Both the position numbers and the translations under genes were made by a program. A model generated the notes under the pieces. The model had not been told where the DNA came from and searched no databases. It was given only the letters and a program-made list of their open reading frames with translations. A stretch of DNA of 64,000 nt from Parcubacteria bacterium DG_74_3. GTDB taxonomy: Bacteria > Patescibacteriota > Minisyncoccia > Minisyncoccales > DG-74-3. Each line of letters opens with the position of its first letter. Position 1 is the stretch's first letter. Positions 39,625 through 52,272 of this stretch are shown here, in pieces. Where the stretch lies: the NCBI GenBank assembly GCA_001302985.1, contig LJNG01000002.1, forward strand, positions 7,164-71,163. Direction: 5' to 3'.

Positions 39625-41757
39625 TCAAATAAATTCTTGCGGCTCATCTTCGCCTCCGTAAACTTCTCTCGGTTTCGCTCCCTGAGGCGGTCCAACTATG
39701 CCTCTTTTTTCTAAAATATCTAATAATCTGGCTGCTCGGGCATAACCAATTTTTAGTTTTCTTTGGAGAAAAGAGGCTGAAGCTCGTCTGGTTTCAATCA
39801 CCAATTTTTTAGTCTCTGGATAAAGGGGGTCTTCTGCGAGCTCGAAAGAGGAGAGCTGGTCGAGCCCCAAACCCTCTACTTCTGATTTTTCCAGAGAATC
39901 CCGGAGGTCTTGATATAAACCATTTTCTAAAACCATATCTTGGTTGTTTTCAACTATCCAGTTGGTTACTTTTTTTACCTCCTTGTCTGAAACATAGGGT
40001 CCTTGGATTCTTTTTGGCTTTACCGTCTGAGCAGAGAGAAAAAGAAGATCACCCAACCCTAAAAGTTTTTCTGCTCCGGCCATATCTAAAACCGTTCTTG
40101 AATCAATCTGGGAAGCTACCTGAAAGCTAACTCGAGAGGTAATATTGGCTTTAATAAGACCGGTAATTACTTCCACTGATGGCCTTTGAGTAGCCACCAC
40201 CAAATGGATTCCGACAGCTCGTGCCAGCTGGGCCAACCTAACAATACCTGTTTCTATCTCCCTTCCCTTGGCTACTATTAAATCAGCCAACTCATCAATA
40301 ATTAACACAATATAGGACATAAACTCTCCTCCTTCTTTTAAAACTTTTTCATTATAACCTGCAATATCTCTAACCTTTTCCATTGCCAGCACATTAAACC
40401 TTCTGCCCATTTCGGAAATTAACCAATTCAGACAGTGAACTGTTTTTGTGGCATCGTAAATAACGGGGGATAAAAGGTGAGGAAGTTTACCATAGGCCGT
40501 AAACTCTACCCTCTTTGGGTCAACCAAGATTAGTCTCAAAAATTCTGGGCTATTTTGATATAAAAAAGATAAAATTAGGTTATTGAGAAAAATAGTTTTT
40601 CCGGTTCCGGTAGCTCCGGCCACCAAAAGGTGAGGCATTTTGGCTAAATCAGCATAGTCTGGTTTACCAGAAACTCCTCTGCCCAGAGCAAAAATTAAAT
40701 TAGAAGAAGAGTTCTGAAGTTCGGGCTCAGAGAGCAAACTTTCCAGTCTAACTCTAGCTCTTATTTTATTAGGAACCTCAATTCCGACCAAAGAGCGACC
40801 TGGAATGGGAGCTTCGATTCTAATGGGATGAGAAGCTAAGGCTAGGGCAAGATTATTAGAAAGAGCGGTTATCTTGGATAGTTTTATTCCTTCGGCAGGC
40901 TTTAAGGCGTATTGGGTAACAGTAGGCCCAATATTTATTTCTGCCATCTCAACTGGAATACCAAAATTTTCCAGGGTTTTTTTAATAATTACCGCATTGG
41001 TTCTGGTATTACCTGCTGAAGGAGTCTCTTTTTCTTGAGCCAAAAGATCCAGAGGCGGAAGTTTATATTTAGAGGTTGAAGGTTTATAAGAAACTTTATT
41101 AATCTTAAGCTCTAAAGGAGGAGCTTTGGGTTTGAATTCTGGGACTTTTTCTGAGGGCAGGGGAGGAACCTCTTTAACCTCAAATTTGGGAACGCGTTTT
41201 GCTCTACCAAATACCCTAGTCAGCACCGATGTTTTCTCTTCTTTTTCTCTATCTAATGAAGGAGAGGGTACTAAAAGTTGCCAAAAAATTAAAATACCGA
41301 CAATAACCAGGGTGAAAAATATAATTTTAGTTACCAAAAGACCAAAAAGCCCAAGAAGGGGTAAAGAAAAAATATATCCAAGAAATCCTCCTTTTTGCGG
41401 GTCTTGATTTAATAAAGAAAAAATGCCTGAAATGCCCAGGGTTAAAATTAGAATCGCAAAAATCACAGGGCCCAAAAACTTTCTCTGTTGGGTATTTAAA
41501 AATACTGCTCCGGCCAGAGCTAAAAATAAAGGAAGCGCGTAAATGGTGCTTCCAATTAACAAAAGGGATAGTTTCATAAATTTTTCTCCTACCATCCCTG
41601 CTTTTCCAAAAAAAGAAAGAATAACGATAATGGCTATCAAAAAAGTCATTACTCCGCCAATTAATTTTTTTACTCTTTGGGGTAATATAAAAAGGTTGGA
41701 TTTTTTCGTTTTTTGGTTTGTTTTTTTTGATTTTCGATTCCGTTTTTTTCTGGCCAT
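39625..41757 (-). CDS. ftsK: DNA translocase FtsK/SpoIIIE
   Basis: N-terminal TM helices, PHLLVAGATGTGKT, DPKRVE, IDELAD, ATQRPS, gamma domain LQRKLKIGYARAARL. Confidence 0.95.
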   Translation of the reverse strand: MARKKRNRKSKKTNQKTKKSNLFILPQRVKKLIGGVMTFLIAIIVILSFFGKAGMVGEKFMKLSLLLIGSTIYALPLFLALAGAVFLNTQQRKFLGPVIFAILILTLGISGIFSLLNQDPQKGGFLGYIFSLPLLGLFGLLVTKIIFFTLVIVGILIFWQLLVPSPSLDREKEEKTSVLTRVFGRAKRVPKFEVKEVPPLPSEKVPEFKPKAPPLELKINKVSYKPSTSKYKLPPLDLLAQEKETPSAGNTRTNAVIIKKTLENFGIPVEMAEINIGPTVTQYALKPAEGIKLSKITALSNNLALALASHPIRIEAPIPGRSLVGIEVPNKIRARVRLESLLSEPELQNSSSNLIFALGRGVSGKPDYADLAKMPHLLVAGATGTGKTIFLNNLILSFLYQNSPEFLRLILVDPKRVEFTAYGKLPHLLSPVIYDATKTVHCLNWLISEMGRRFNVLAMEKVRDIAGYNEKVLKEGGEFMSYIVLIIDELADLIVAKGREIETGIVRLAQLARAVGIHLVVATQRPSVEVITGLIKANITSRVSFQVASQIDSRTVLDMAGAEKLLGLGDLLFLSAQTVKPKRIQGPYVSDKEVKKVTNWIVENNQDMVLENGLYQDLRDSLEKSEVEGLGLDQLSSFELAEDPLYPETKKLVIETRRASASFLQRKLKIGYARAARLLDILEKRGIVGPPQGAKPREVYGGEDEPQEFI

Positions 41758-41835
41758 ACCTTTTTATTTTAACATAAATTAGACTGAAAAATCAAAAGCG
41801 CAAAGCCAGATTTTAATCTTTTTACTTTACGCTAA

Positions 41836-41945
41836 TCCTTTGAAGCAATTTCCCGAGCAATATAACATCTTGTCTCTCTAAGACAATCTGTCTGAAGATT
41901 TATTACTTTTCAAAGCCGGTTCCGGCGGGTATAAGTTTACCGATT
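41836..41945. repeat. 110-bp direct repeat copy A (duplicate of the rpoC 3' end plus downstream sequence)
   Basis: Aligns without gaps to 42124-42233 with 8 mismatches by manual count. Confidence 0.9.
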
Positions 41946-42123
41946 TATAATAAATGGAGTAAATTTGGGAGTAGTTATCGGGAGAAAAGCTTTATAATAA
42001 AGCATTAAGTTAAAGCGAGGGAAGTGCCGAAAAGGACATCCGGAGCGAGCGGCCAAGGTTTCGCCCAGAGGGACGAAGAGCGAGCGAGGACTAAGTAAAA
42101 ATTCTCGGTGGGAATTTTTGCGG

Positions 42124-42233
42124 TCCTTTGAGGTAGCTTCCCAAGCAATATAACATCTTGTCTCTCTGAGACAATTTGTCTGAAGATTTATTACTTTTCA
42201 AAACCGGTTCCGGCGGGTATAAGTTTACCGATT
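42124..42233. repeat. 110-bp direct repeat copy B (includes the last 43 nt of rpoC)
   Basis: See copy A. Confidence 0.9.
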
Positions 42234-45200
42234 ATGACGTTTTCTTTTAAACCAAGGAGTTTGTCTTCCTTTCCCTCAAGAGAGGCCTTAATTAACACTC
42301 GCGAGGTTTCCTGGAAAGAAGCAGCAGATAAAAAGCTATCTGTGGTAAGGGCTACCCGAGAAATACCCAGCAAAACCGAAGAGATTTTAATTGGTTGCTT
42401 TTTTCCTTTTTTAAGCTGGGCATTTTCTTTTAAAAATCTGGCTTTTTCAATAATCTGACCAGGGGTCAAAAGACTATCTCCCGGGTCTTTGATTCTTAAT
42501 CGAGAAAACATCTGACGAACAATAACCTCAATGTGTTTGTCGTGAATAATAGCTCCCTGGGAAACATAGATTTTTTGAATTTCGTTAATAACGTAACGCC
42601 AGACAGCTTCTTTACCGGCCAATTTAAATAGCTTCTTTAAATCTACACTTCCTTCAAAAAGTTGTTGACCCTTAATGACTTTTTGACCTTGTTGAACCCA
42701 AATTGCCCTTTGAAGGGGGGCTTTATATTCGAGTACCGGAAGAGATTTTTTGGTTCTCTTAGGATTTTCCTTGGACTGGGTCTGGGATTGAATTCTGATT
42801 ATTCTGTCGGGAGTAATTTCCAATATTTTTCCTTCTACCGTAGAAACTTCAGCCTTTCCTTTAGGAGTTCTGGCCTCAAAAATCTCTTGAACTCTTGGAA
42901 GACCAAAAGTAATATCGCCGCCTCCAGCTACTCCGCCCGTATGAAAAGTTCTCATCGTCAACTGGGTTCCTGGTTCTCCAATTGCCTGGGCAGCTACAAT
43001 TCCCACGGCCTCTCCTAATCTAACAAGTTCATTGTTTCCCAGGTCCCAACCATAACATTTTTGACAAACCCCTCTAACTGTTTTACAGCTCATGGGAGAA
43101 CGAATCTTCACTTCTTCAATGTTGGCTCCAACAATTTCCTCTCCTTTTTCCCAATCAATAATTTCATCTTTTTTAACAATAGTTTTTCCACCGGGAATCT
43201 TAATATCTTTAAGAACAGATTTTCCTACAATTTTAAAAAGGAAATTTTGGCCGATGCCGTTCGCGTCTTTTCTTAAAACCGTAATACCCTCCCTATCTTT
43301 ACAGTCTTTTTCTGTCACCACTACTTCGTGAGCGACATCAACAAGTCTTCGGGTTAAGTAGCCTGCTGTTGAAGTTCTCAGGGCAGTGTCTGCGGTTCCT
43401 TTCCGGGCTCCGTGGGTAGAAATAAAATACTCCAAAACATCAAAACCTTCTTTGTAAGAGCTTTTCACGGGCAACTCAATAATTTGGCCTGCAGGATTAA
43501 TAACTAACCCCTTCATTCCAGTCATTTGAACGGGCTGAGTCCAAGAACCACGGGCACCTGAATCAACAATTTGGAAAACAGACCCTGAGGGGGGTAGGGT
43601 TTTATGAACTTCTTTTTCAATCTCTGTTTTGGCTCGCTGCCAAATTTCAATAATCTTACTAGTTCTCTCTTCTTTAGAAAGCAAACCTTTCCTAAAGTGC
43701 TCTTTAATCTGTCCTACCTCTTTTTCAGCTTTGGCAATTATTCGCGGTTTTTCTTTTGGAACAATTAAATCGTCCATTCCCCAGGAAACACCGGAAAGAG
43801 TGGAATAATCAAATCCTAAGGTTTTCATTTTATCTAAAGTTGCTACGACTATTTCTCTCTCGTATTTTCTAACAATTTGACCCATAAGTTTTTCAATTTT
43901 TTTAGAATTGAAATGCTCGTTCTGAAAAGAAAAATCAGGTGGTAGGGCTTCATTAAACAAAATCCTTCCTAAAGAAGTTTCAAGATAATTTTTTTCTATT
44001 TTAACCCGAATTTTAGTCCTGAGATCTAAATAGCCCAACTCATATACCAGGATAGCCTCTTCTGGTGAGCTAAAAAACTTACCCTCGCCCCTCCCTCCTT
44101 CAATAATTTTAGTCAACCAATACAATCCCAAAACAATATCCTGACTTGGAATATCAAGGGGTATACCAGTAGCCGGTTTCAGAAGGTTTTGGGCGACTAA
44201 CATTATCTCTTCAGCTTCTTTTTGGGCTTCGCTGGTCAGGGGTAAGTGAACTGCCATCTGGTCTCCATCAAAATCAGCATTAAAAGCCTTACAAACCAAG
44301 GGATGAATTTTAATTGCCTCTCCTTCAATTAAAATCGGGTAGAAAGCCTGAATCCCCAATCTATGAAGGGTTGGGGCTCTATTTATTATAACCAATTTTT
44401 CTTTGACCACTTCTTCTAAATTGGCCCAAACCTCGTCGGTTTCTGTCTCAATTAAGCGGGATGCTCCTCTTACGTTATAGGCTAATTCTTTGTCTAAAAT
44501 TTTCTTAATAACAAAGGGTTTAAAAAGCTCGAGAGCCATTTTTTTAGGTATACCCACCTGGTTCAATTTGAGTTCAGGCCCTACGACAATTACTGATCGA
44601 CCAGAATAATCAACTCTCTTTCCTAAAAGATTTTGACGGAACCTACCCCTTTTCCCCTTTAGCATATCTGCTAACGACCTCAAAAGACGACGGCCGCCGG
44701 TGGTGGCTCGAGTTGTTGTACCGGTTCGCATTTCATTATCAATTAAAGCATCTACTGCTTCTTGCAACATTCTTTTTTCATTTCGAATAATAACCTCGGG
44801 AGCTGCAATTTCTAATAAGTATTTTAAGCGATTATTTCTGTTAATAACTCGACGGTAAAGATCATTAAGGTCAGAAGAGGCATACCTCCCTCCGTCTAAG
44901 CGAACGATCGGCCTAAGGTCGGGAGGTAAAATAGGAATAACAGTTAAAAACATCCATTCTGGCCTTACTCCAGCTGCCTCCATTCCCTGAAAAAGTCTGA
45001 GCCTTCTAAGAATTTTCTTTCGTCTTTGGCGGGAGGTGGTTTTTAATATCTGTCTCTTTGATTTGGAAATTTCTTTACTAAGCTCAATTTTCTCAAAAAT
45101 TTTTCTCATGGTCTCAGCGCCGGTACCAGCCGTAAACACTTCTCCATATTTTAGAGAAAAGTCTTGATAATCAATTTCAGACAGAATCTTTAGGGGCTCT

Positions 45201-45778
45201 AGACTCAAAAGTTCTTCTCGAGCTCTATCTCGCGCCATCTTTAATTCTCCCAAAGCTTTTTTTAATTTCTTTTTTTGGTCCTTCAATTTGGCTTTTTGGG
45301 CTTTAACTTTCTGTCGATATTCTTTCTCAATCTCTTCAAGAGTATTCTTCTTAGCCTCCTGATTAACATCGGTCACGATATAGGCAATAAAATAAACCAC
45401 CCTCTCTAACTGAAAGCCGGGCACGTCCAAAACCATTCCCATTCTGGAGGGTACTCCTCGTAAGAACCAAATATGAGAAACCGGAGTGGCTAATTTAATA
45501 TGCCCCATTCTTTCCCTTCTTACCGAAGCCTTGGTTATTTCTACTCCACACCTATCGCAAACTATCCCTTTGTAGCGAATTCCTTTATATTTACCACAAT
45601 AACATTTATAGTCTGACTCTGGTCCAAAAATTTTTTGACAAAAGAGACCGTCTTTTTCTGCCCTATGGGTTCGGTAATTAATGGTTTCGGGCTTAATAAC
45701 CTCGCCATGAGACCAGTTCAAAATATCCTCAGGCGAGGCCAAACGAATCCGTATTGATTCTAATTCTTGAACTCTCAT
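42191..45778 (-). CDS. rpoC: DNA-directed RNA polymerase beta' subunit
   Basis: [45 protein letters not shown]. Confidence 0.98.
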   Translation of the reverse strand: MRVQELESIRIRLASPEDILNWSHGEVIKPETINYRTHRAEKDGLFCQKIFGPESDYKCYCGKYKGIRYKGIVCDRCGVEITKASVRRERMGHIKLATPVSHIWFLRGVPSRMGMVLDVPGFQLERVVYFIAYIVTDVNQEAKKNTLEEIEKEYRQKVKAQKAKLKDQKKKLKKALGELKMARDRAREELLSLEPLKILSEIDYQDFSLKYGEVFTAGTGAETMRKIFEKIELSKEISKSKRQILKTTSRQRRKKILRRLRLFQGMEAAGVRPEWMFLTVIPILPPDLRPIVRLDGGRYASSDLNDLYRRVINRNNRLKYLLEIAAPEVIIRNEKRMLQEAVDALIDNEMRTGTTTRATTGGRRLLRSLADMLKGKRGRFRQNLLGKRVDYSGRSVIVVGPELKLNQVGIPKKMALELFKPFVIKKILDKELAYNVRGASRLIETETDEVWANLEEVVKEKLVIINRAPTLHRLGIQAFYPILIEGEAIKIHPLVCKAFNADFDGDQMAVHLPLTSEAQKEAEEIMLVAQNLLKPATGIPLDIPSQDIVLGLYWLTKIIEGGRGEGKFFSSPEEAILVYELGYLDLRTKIRVKIEKNYLETSLGRILFNEALPPDFSFQNEHFNSKKIEKLMGQIVRKYEREIVVATLDKMKTLGFDYSTLSGVSWGMDDLIVPKEKPRIIAKAEKEVGQIKEHFRKGLLSKEERTSKIIEIWQRAKTEIEKEVHKTLPPSGSVFQIVDSGARGSWTQPVQMTGMKGLVINPAGQIIELPVKSSYKEGFDVLEYFISTHGARKGTADTALRTSTAGYLTRRLVDVAHEVVVTEKDCKDREGITVLRKDANGIGQNFLFKIVGKSVLKDIKIPGGKTIVKKDEIIDWEKGEEIVGANIEEVKIRSPMSCKTVRGVCQKCYGWDLGNNELVRLGEAVGIVAAQAIGEPGTQLTMRTFHTGGVAGGGDITFGLPRVQEIFEARTPKGKAEVSTVEGKILEITPDRIIRIQSQTQSKENPKRTKKSLPVLEYKAPLQRAIWVQQGQKVIKGQQLFEGSVDLKKLFKLAGKEAVWRYVINEIQKIYVSQGAIIHDKHIEVIVRQMFSRLRIKDPGDSLLTPGQIIEKARFLKENAQLKKGKKQPIKISSVLLGISRVALTTDSFLSAASFQETSRVLIKASLEGKEDKLLGLKENVIIGKLIPAGTGFEK

Positions 45779-45779
45779 T

Positions 45780-48700
45780 TTATTTAGTTTCTTCTTCTTT
45801 AGGTTTTTCTCTTATTTCTACGTCAATACCAAGAGACTTTAATTCTTTCACCAACAAATTAAAGGAGGCGGGTAAATTAGGTGGTTTTATTTTCTCGCCT
45901 TTTAAAATAGACTCATAAGTAGCTGCTCGGCCAGCAATATCATCTGATTTTATAGTTAACATTTCCTGAAGGGTATGAGCTGCTCCATAACCCTCAAGAG
46001 CCCAGACCTCCATTTCTCCGAATCTCTGACCTCCAAATTGAGATTTTCCTCCCAAGGGTTGTTGGGTAATTAAAGAATAAGGTCCGATAGCTCTCATATG
46101 AATTTTATCTTCCACCATATGAATTAGTTTCATCATATAAATAAAACCCACCGTAATTTTTTCTTTAAAAGACGAACCTGTTCTGCCGTCGTATAAAATT
46201 ACTTTTCCTTCCTCTGGCAGCCCGGCTGCTCGCAGTTCAGCCTTAATGTCTTCTTCGGTGGCTCCGGAAAGAGCCGGTGATACAGCATAATATCCCTGTT
46301 CCTTAGCTGCCCAACCAAGATGGGTCTCTAAAATTTGACCAAGGTTCATCCTAGAAGCCACGCTTAGGGGATTTAAAATTATATCGACAGGGGTACCATC
46401 TGCCATAAAAGGCATTTCCTCCTGGGGTAAAATCATAGAAATTACTCCTTTATTTCCATGGCGGCCAGATAATTTGTCGCCAACTTGAATTTTTCTAAGT
46501 TCAGCAACCTCTACTTCAATCCTTTTTATAACGCCGGGGTCTAATTTATGACCCATTTCCCGAGAAAAAATCTTTACTCCCACCACCCTACCTCGTTTAC
46601 CATGCTCCATTAAAAGAGAGGTGTCTTTTACCTCCTTAGCTTTCTCGCCAAAAATTGCCCTCAGCAATCTTTCTTCCGCGGTGAGTTCCTCTTTTCCTTT
46701 GGGAGAAATTTTACCAACCAGAATATCGTTTGGCCCAACCTCAGCTCCTATTCTAATAATGCCTTCTTCATCTAAATTTTTTAGTTTTTCTTCAGAAACA
46801 TTGGGTATATCGGGGGTGGTTACTTCAGGCCCCAATTTTGTTTCTCTAACATCGCAACCAAAGCTTTCAATATAAATTGAGGTGTAAATATCATCTTTTA
46901 CCAATCTCTCAGAAATAATAATTGCATCTTCAAAATTCCCTCCCCTCCAGGACATAAAAGCTACCAAAATATTTTTTCCTAAGGCTAAGTGACCTCGGTC
47001 GATTGCTCCTCCATCGGCTAAAACATCTCCTTTTTTCACTTTCTGACCTTTTTGTACTAAGGGTCGTTGATGAAAACAGGTATACTGATTGGTTCTAATA
47101 AAATTGCCGAGGCTATAAATTTTCTCTTTCTTTGAGTGTTTAACCTTAATCTGATTTGCATCTACCTCTACCACTTTTCCATCTTCCTCCGCTACCACCA
47201 CTTGTCCTGAATCTTTTGCCACTCTTTCTTCTATCCCGGTCATGACCAAGGGGGCTTCGGGATTAATTAAGGGAACGGCTTGTCTTTGCATATTAGAGCC
47301 CATCAGAGCTCTGTTGGCATCATCGTTTTGTAAAAAAGGAATGCAGGAGGTAGCAATGGAAATTGGTTGCTCTGGAGAAACATCAATAAAATCAATTTTA
47401 TTTCTATCAACCAGCCCGGGTTCGCCTTTTAATCGGGCTTCCACCTGGCGAGATACAATCTTGCCTCTCTCACCAAGAGGAATAGAGCCTGAAGCAATGT
47501 TATATTTTTCTTCTTCGTAAGCATTAAGGTATTGAAGTTCTGGGGTCAATTTTCCTTCTTTGACCTTAAAGTAGGGAGTTTCCAAAAAACCATAAGGATT
47601 AATTTTGGCATAGCTCGCTAAATGACCAACCAAACCAATGTTGGGCCCCTCGGGAGTTTGAATGGGGCAAATTCTTCCATAGTGAGAGGGCTGAACATCT
47701 CTTACTTCAAAACCTGCTCTTTCTCTAGTTAACCCTCCTGGTCCAGTGGCTGATATTCTCCTTTTGTGTTCTAATTCGGCTAAAGGATTTTCATTATCCA
47801 TAAACTGGGAAAGCTGGGAAGAGGTGAAAAACTGTTTAACTATAGCCATAAAGGGTCGGGGATTAATGATTTGGATGGGAGTAGCGGTATAAATATCTAA
47901 AGTAGACATCCTGTCTTTAATTATCCTCTCCATTCTCATCAAACCCACCCTTAATCTATTTTTTAAAAGTTCAGATAGGGTTCTTAATCTTCGATTACCT
48001 AAATGGTCAATTTGATCGGGTTTTCCTTCGGGATCGTTGTTAAGTCTAATTATCTCTCTTATAACCTCAATTACATCATTGGGCTTCAATACTCTATCTT
48101 CCGGGGTAATTTCTTTCTTTTGAGAAAGACCCGGTAGACGCTGCCACATTCTCCATCTGCCTACCTCTGAAAGATCATATCTCCGAAAGTTAAAAAACAT
48201 ACTTTCGATTAATTCTCGAGCTGTATCTGTGGTAGCCCGATCCCCTGGTCTTAATCTCTGGTAAATCTCAATAAGAGCTTCCGTCTGATTGTGACTGGGG
48301 TCTCGTTTAAGGGTTTCTTCGATATATTTTATTTCGCCTTTATCAGCGTCTTTAAAAAAATTTTTAATTTGCCCATCGCCATCAACCCCGAGAGCGCGCA
48401 AAAGAGTAGTAGCTGAAACCTTTCTTCTTCTATTGATTTTCACTCCGATAACTCCCGATGGGTCGGTTTCAAACTCTAACCAAGCACCTCGATTGGGAAC
48501 AATTTTAGAGCCAAAATATTGTTTGCCTCTTATTTGCTGAGCAGTAAAGAAAGCTCCAGGCGAACGAATTATCTGAGAAATCACCACCCTTTCTACCCCA
48601 TTAACAATAAAAGTTCCCCTTTCGGTCATTAGGGGAAAACTAGTTAAAAAAACCTCCTGTTCTTTAATTTCTTTGGTTTTAAGATTAACCAGCTTTACTC

Positions 48701-48968
48701 GCACCCTAAGGGGAACTTCATAGGAATCATTATTTAATTTTGCCTCAAGGTCTGACTTGTAATTTGGTTCACCCAGTTGGTAATCCAAAAACCAGAGCTC
48801 TAATTTCTTCCCGGTATAATCTCTAATGGGAGAAACTTCTTGGAAAAGCTCTTTTAAATCCTTTTTCCAAAACCCCTTCCAGCTTTCTGTCTGCAAGGTT
48901 AATAAATAGGGTAAGGAGAGGAGTGGTTTGGTTTTACCAAAATGTTTAACCTTTATTTTCTGCATCAT
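45780..48968 (-). CDS. rpoB: DNA-directed RNA polymerase beta subunit
   Basis: [48 protein letters not shown]. Confidence 0.98.
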   Translation of the reverse strand: MMQKIKVKHFGKTKPLLSLPYLLTLQTESWKGFWKKDLKELFQEVSPIRDYTGKKLELWFLDYQLGEPNYKSDLEAKLNNDSYEVPLRVRVKLVNLKTKEIKEQEVFLTSFPLMTERGTFIVNGVERVVISQIIRSPGAFFTAQQIRGKQYFGSKIVPNRGAWLEFETDPSGVIGVKINRRRKVSATTLLRALGVDGDGQIKNFFKDADKGEIKYIEETLKRDPSHNQTEALIEIYQRLRPGDRATTDTARELIESMFFNFRRYDLSEVGRWRMWQRLPGLSQKKEITPEDRVLKPNDVIEVIREIIRLNNDPEGKPDQIDHLGNRRLRTLSELLKNRLRVGLMRMERIIKDRMSTLDIYTATPIQIINPRPFMAIVKQFFTSSQLSQFMDNENPLAELEHKRRISATGPGGLTRERAGFEVRDVQPSHYGRICPIQTPEGPNIGLVGHLASYAKINPYGFLETPYFKVKEGKLTPELQYLNAYEEEKYNIASGSIPLGERGKIVSRQVEARLKGEPGLVDRNKIDFIDVSPEQPISIATSCIPFLQNDDANRALMGSNMQRQAVPLINPEAPLVMTGIEERVAKDSGQVVVAEEDGKVVEVDANQIKVKHSKKEKIYSLGNFIRTNQYTCFHQRPLVQKGQKVKKGDVLADGGAIDRGHLALGKNILVAFMSWRGGNFEDAIIISERLVKDDIYTSIYIESFGCDVRETKLGPEVTTPDIPNVSEEKLKNLDEEGIIRIGAEVGPNDILVGKISPKGKEELTAEERLLRAIFGEKAKEVKDTSLLMEHGKRGRVVGVKIFSREMGHKLDPGVIKRIEVEVAELRKIQVGDKLSGRHGNKGVISMILPQEEMPFMADGTPVDIILNPLSVASRMNLGQILETHLGWAAKEQGYYAVSPALSGATEEDIKAELRAAGLPEEGKVILYDGRTGSSFKEKITVGFIYMMKLIHMVEDKIHMRAIGPYSLITQQPLGGKSQFGGQRFGEMEVWALEGYGAAHTLQEMLTIKSDDIAGRAATYESILKGEKIKPPNLPASFNLLVKELKSLGIDVEIREKPKEEETK

Positions 48969-49087
48969 TAAAGCCAAAAAAGACCCTAAATTATGGTTAG
49001 GGTAAAATTCTTTTATTTAGTTTTCCGATGGAAAAATTTCCAGAGAGTTCTCAAGAAAAGAGACAGTATAGATTTATATATTTTTCC

Positions 49088-49115
49088 ATTTTAATCTTTT
49101 TGAAAAAATTGTCAA
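49088..49115 (-). promoter_or_regulatory. Sigma70 promoter of rpoBC
   Basis: TTGACA-16 nt-TAAAAT. Confidence 0.55.
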
Positions 49116-49140
49116 GTCTTTAGGGTTTACGTATTTTTAC

Positions 49141-50232
49141 CTAATTTGTTGCCATGCTCTGGAGTATACCCAAACCAATAAGGGTAGCAAGAAGGCTAGA
49201 ACCACCGTAACTTATTAGTGGTAATGGGATACCGACAATTGGCAACATTCCTAGGTTCATGCCAATATGAATAAAAATTTGAGAAATCAAAACAAGAGAG
49301 AAGCCGGTAGCGAAAAGCCGGGGGAAATTTGTTTGGGCTTTTAGGGCAATTTTTATTATTCGCCAAAGTAATATCGAAAATAAAAAAAGAAGGAGGGTTA
49401 TCCCCATTAACCCAAGCTCTTCGGCAATAGCAGCGAAAATAAAATCAGTTTGAGATTCGGGAAGAAATCCCAATTGGGTTTGGGAACCCTGTCCAAATCC
49501 TTGTCCCCAAAGGCCGCCCGAACCAATAGCAATCTGGGCTTGAGCCTGACTCCAGCCCGCTCCAAGGGGTTCAATCTGGGGTAAAATAAAGCTTAGGATT
49601 CTTTCTTTCTGATAATCTTTTAAAAGAGTTGACCAGCCCAGAATGAAAATTAGCAAAAACAAGAAAACCAAAATTAGAAAATGACGAAGCCTTATACCAG
49701 ATATAATTAAAATTCCCACCCAGAGAGCAAGTAAAATTAGAACCGAACCCATGTCGGGTTGAAGAAAAATTAAAAATACGGGAATCAGAATATAAAAACC
49801 AGAAAACAGAACATGCTGAATTTGATACATTTCAACATGGCGCATGGAAAAAAATTTAGCTAATAGAATAATCAGAGTAATCTTGGTAAATTCTATTGGA
49901 TCGACGGAAAGAGAACCTATCTTATACCAAGACCTTATTCCTCTAATTTCGGGAGCAAACCAAAACAAGCCCGCTAGGGAAAGGCAACAGAGAAAATAGA
50001 GAAATAGAATTAAGTAGGGGTCTTCTCTCAAAACTCGCCAATCAAAAAAACTAAAAAACAACATAAGAAATAAACCCACCACAAAAAATAAAATTTGTTT
50101 TTTAAAATTAAAAAAATCCCCCCCCGAAAGAGAAGAGCTGTAAATTGACAAAAGTCCGATACTAACCAAAAGTAGAACTGAAACAATTAAAATCCAATCT
50201 AAATTTTGGAAATGGAGTATTAATGATTTCAT
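49141..50232 (-). CDS. rodA: SEDS family peptidoglycan polymerase RodA/FtsW
   Basis: QPDMG, YQKERI, AIGSGG..GQG, LPESQTDFIF, LPLISYGGSS. Confidence 0.85.
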   Translation of the reverse strand: MKSLILHFQNLDWILIVSVLLLVSIGLLSIYSSSLSGGDFFNFKKQILFFVVGLFLMLFFSFFDWRVLREDPYLILFLYFLCCLSLAGLFWFAPEIRGIRSWYKIGSLSVDPIEFTKITLIILLAKFFSMRHVEMYQIQHVLFSGFYILIPVFLIFLQPDMGSVLILLALWVGILIISGIRLRHFLILVFLFLLIFILGWSTLLKDYQKERILSFILPQIEPLGAGWSQAQAQIAIGSGGLWGQGFGQGSQTQLGFLPESQTDFIFAAIAEELGLMGITLLLFLFSILLWRIIKIALKAQTNFPRLFATGFSLVLISQIFIHIGMNLGMLPIVGIPLPLISYGGSSLLATLIGLGILQSMATN

Positions 50233-52271
50233 TGTTTTTTCTTCAATATTGCAAGAAATTCTCTCTCATCAATTGTTTCTATACCTAGTTTTTTAGCTTC
50301 CTCTAATTTGGAACCTGGATTTTGACCAAACACAACATAATTTGTTTTTTTGGAGACTGATTCAGAAACCTCACCTCCTAAAAAGCGAATGTTTTCTTTT
50401 GCCTCTTTTCTGGTCATTAGTTCTAAAGTTCCGGTTAAAACAAAAATTTTTCCTTTAAGAGGTTGATGTTTGAATTTTGTTTCTGTAATTATTTGAACCC
50501 CAACTTTTTTGAGTTTTCCTATAAAGGCCAGATGGCCTTTATCTTGAAAAAAATCATAAATTGATTGAGCTACGATGGGTCCGATATTTCTTATTTTTTC
50601 TAAATTTTGGAGGGTAGCTTTTTTTAGGCCTTCAAGAGAACCAAAATAATCAGCTAAATCCTGAGCAGTTTCTGCGCCAACATTTCTAATACCTAAGGCA
50701 AAAATAAAACGAGGTAAAGCAATTTTCTTTTTTGACTGAATAGCTTCGATTAAATTTTTAGCTGATTTTTCGGCAAATCTTTCTAAGGGAGCAATGTCTT
50801 TCTCTTTTAACTCAAATAGGTCAGCTGGATCTGAAATTAAGCCCCCCTCAATTAATCGGTCAATTATTTTGGGACCTATTCCTTCAATATCAAAGGTGCC
50901 TTTTGAGATAAAGTGGTAAAAATATTTTCTCTGACGAGCTAAACACTTAGGATTCGTACATCGCCAGACAACCTCTTCCTTTCGCTTGATAAGTTTTGTA
51001 CCACAAACCGGACATTTCTTTGGCATCTCAAAACCCTTTTCCTTGCCGGTTCTTAATTCTGTCAGAACTTTAATAATGTCGGGAATAACATCTCCTGCTC
51101 TGCCAATAATGACCGTGTCTCCAATTTTTACTCCCAACCTTCTTATTTCATCTTCATTATGGAGGGTAGCTCGGGAAATGGTTACTCCCCCCACTTCCAC
51201 TGGTTCCAAAACAGCAACCGGAGTAATTGCTCCTGTTCTCCCTACTTGTAATTTTACGTCTTTAATTCTGGTAGTTACTTGCTTTGGTGAAAATTTAAAA
51301 GCTCTAACTCCACGGGGGCTTTTTCCAACCACTCCCAATCTTGCGAAGGCTTTATTTTGATTAACATTTACTACAATGCCATCAATCTGAAAGGGGAAAG
51401 AGTTTCTTTTTTTATTAATTTCTTTCCAAAATTCTATAATTTCTTCCAAGGATTTACACTCTTTACCCTTATTTGTTTTAAATCCTAAGGCCGGTAAAAT
51501 TTGGTGTTCTTCAAAATGGTTTTTTTGACCCACATTAGTAACGATATCATAAGCTAAAAAATCTAAGGGTCTGGCAGCTGCTAATTTGGGGTCCAGTTGC
51601 CTAATGGAACCCGCAGCTAAATTTCTCGGATTTGAATAAGTCTTTTCACCTCTTTTTTTTAATTCTTTGTTTAATTTTTCAAATTTATTTTTTTCCATAA
51701 AAACCTCGCCTCTAATCTCGATTTTTCCTTTCTTAATCGATCTTTTTAGTTTTTTTTCTATTTCTCTGTTTGGAATCTTGCGATGTTGGGCTAAATTCAA
51801 AGGAATTGATTCTATTGTCTTGAGGTTTTGAGTAACATTCTCACCTGCTTCTCCATTGCCTCGAGTAGAACCCACTGTGAGAATTCCATCTTTGTAAACT
51901 AAAGAGATAGCAAAGCCATCAACTTTTAACTCGGCAAAAAAATTAAAACGAACCTGAGGTTCTAATTTCTTAAGGTAAGTTATCCATTCTTTGAGTTCCT
52001 CTTCCGAAAAAATATCTTCAATAGAAAGCATGGGGGTTTCGTGCCTGACCTTTTCAAATCCCTCGAGGGGCTTTCCAGCTACTCTCTGGGTTGGGGAATC
52101 AGGCGTTATAAATTCTGGAAATTGTTTTTCTAATTTATAAAGTTCGTGTTTCAAAGAGTCTAAAGCATCTTCGGAAATTTCTTGTTTATTCAAAACATGA
52201 TACAAATAGCGGTGATAATTTATCACCTTTTTTAATTTTTCTATTCTTTTTCTGGTTTCTTCTTTGTTCAT
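50229..52271 (-). CDS. ligA: NAD-dependent DNA ligase
   Basis: KVDG, TRGNG, NPRNLAAGS, VGRTG, RAGDVIP, zinc finger, BRCT. Start MNKEE at 52271. Confidence 0.96.
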   Translation of the reverse strand: MNKEETRKRIEKLKKVINYHRYLYHVLNKQEISEDALDSLKHELYKLEKQFPEFITPDSPTQRVAGKPLEGFEKVRHETPMLSIEDIFSEEELKEWITYLKKLEPQVRFNFFAELKVDGFAISLVYKDGILTVGSTRGNGEAGENVTQNLKTIESIPLNLAQHRKIPNREIEKKLKRSIKKGKIEIRGEVFMEKNKFEKLNKELKKRGEKTYSNPRNLAAGSIRQLDPKLAAARPLDFLAYDIVTNVGQKNHFEEHQILPALGFKTNKGKECKSLEEIIEFWKEINKKRNSFPFQIDGIVVNVNQNKAFARLGVVGKSPRGVRAFKFSPKQVTTRIKDVKLQVGRTGAITPVAVLEPVEVGGVTISRATLHNEDEIRRLGVKIGDTVIIGRAGDVIPDIIKVLTELRTGKEKGFEMPKKCPVCGTKLIKRKEEVVWRCTNPKCLARQRKYFYHFISKGTFDIEGIGPKIIDRLIEGGLISDPADLFELKEKDIAPLERFAEKSAKNLIEAIQSKKKIALPRFIFALGIRNVGAETAQDLADYFGSLEGLKKATLQNLEKIRNIGPIVAQSIYDFFQDKGHLAFIGKLKKVGVQIITETKFKHQPLKGKIFVLTGTLELMTRKEAKENIRFLGGEVSESVSKKTNYVVFGQNPGSKLEEAKKLGIETIDEREFLAILKKKQ

Positions 52272-52272
52272 T

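Noticed and set aside
41836-42233. Diversity-generating retroelement TR/VR pair
   Set aside because: Mismatches are mixed transitions in both directions rather than adenine-specific, the repeat is mostly non-coding, and no reverse transcriptase is present.
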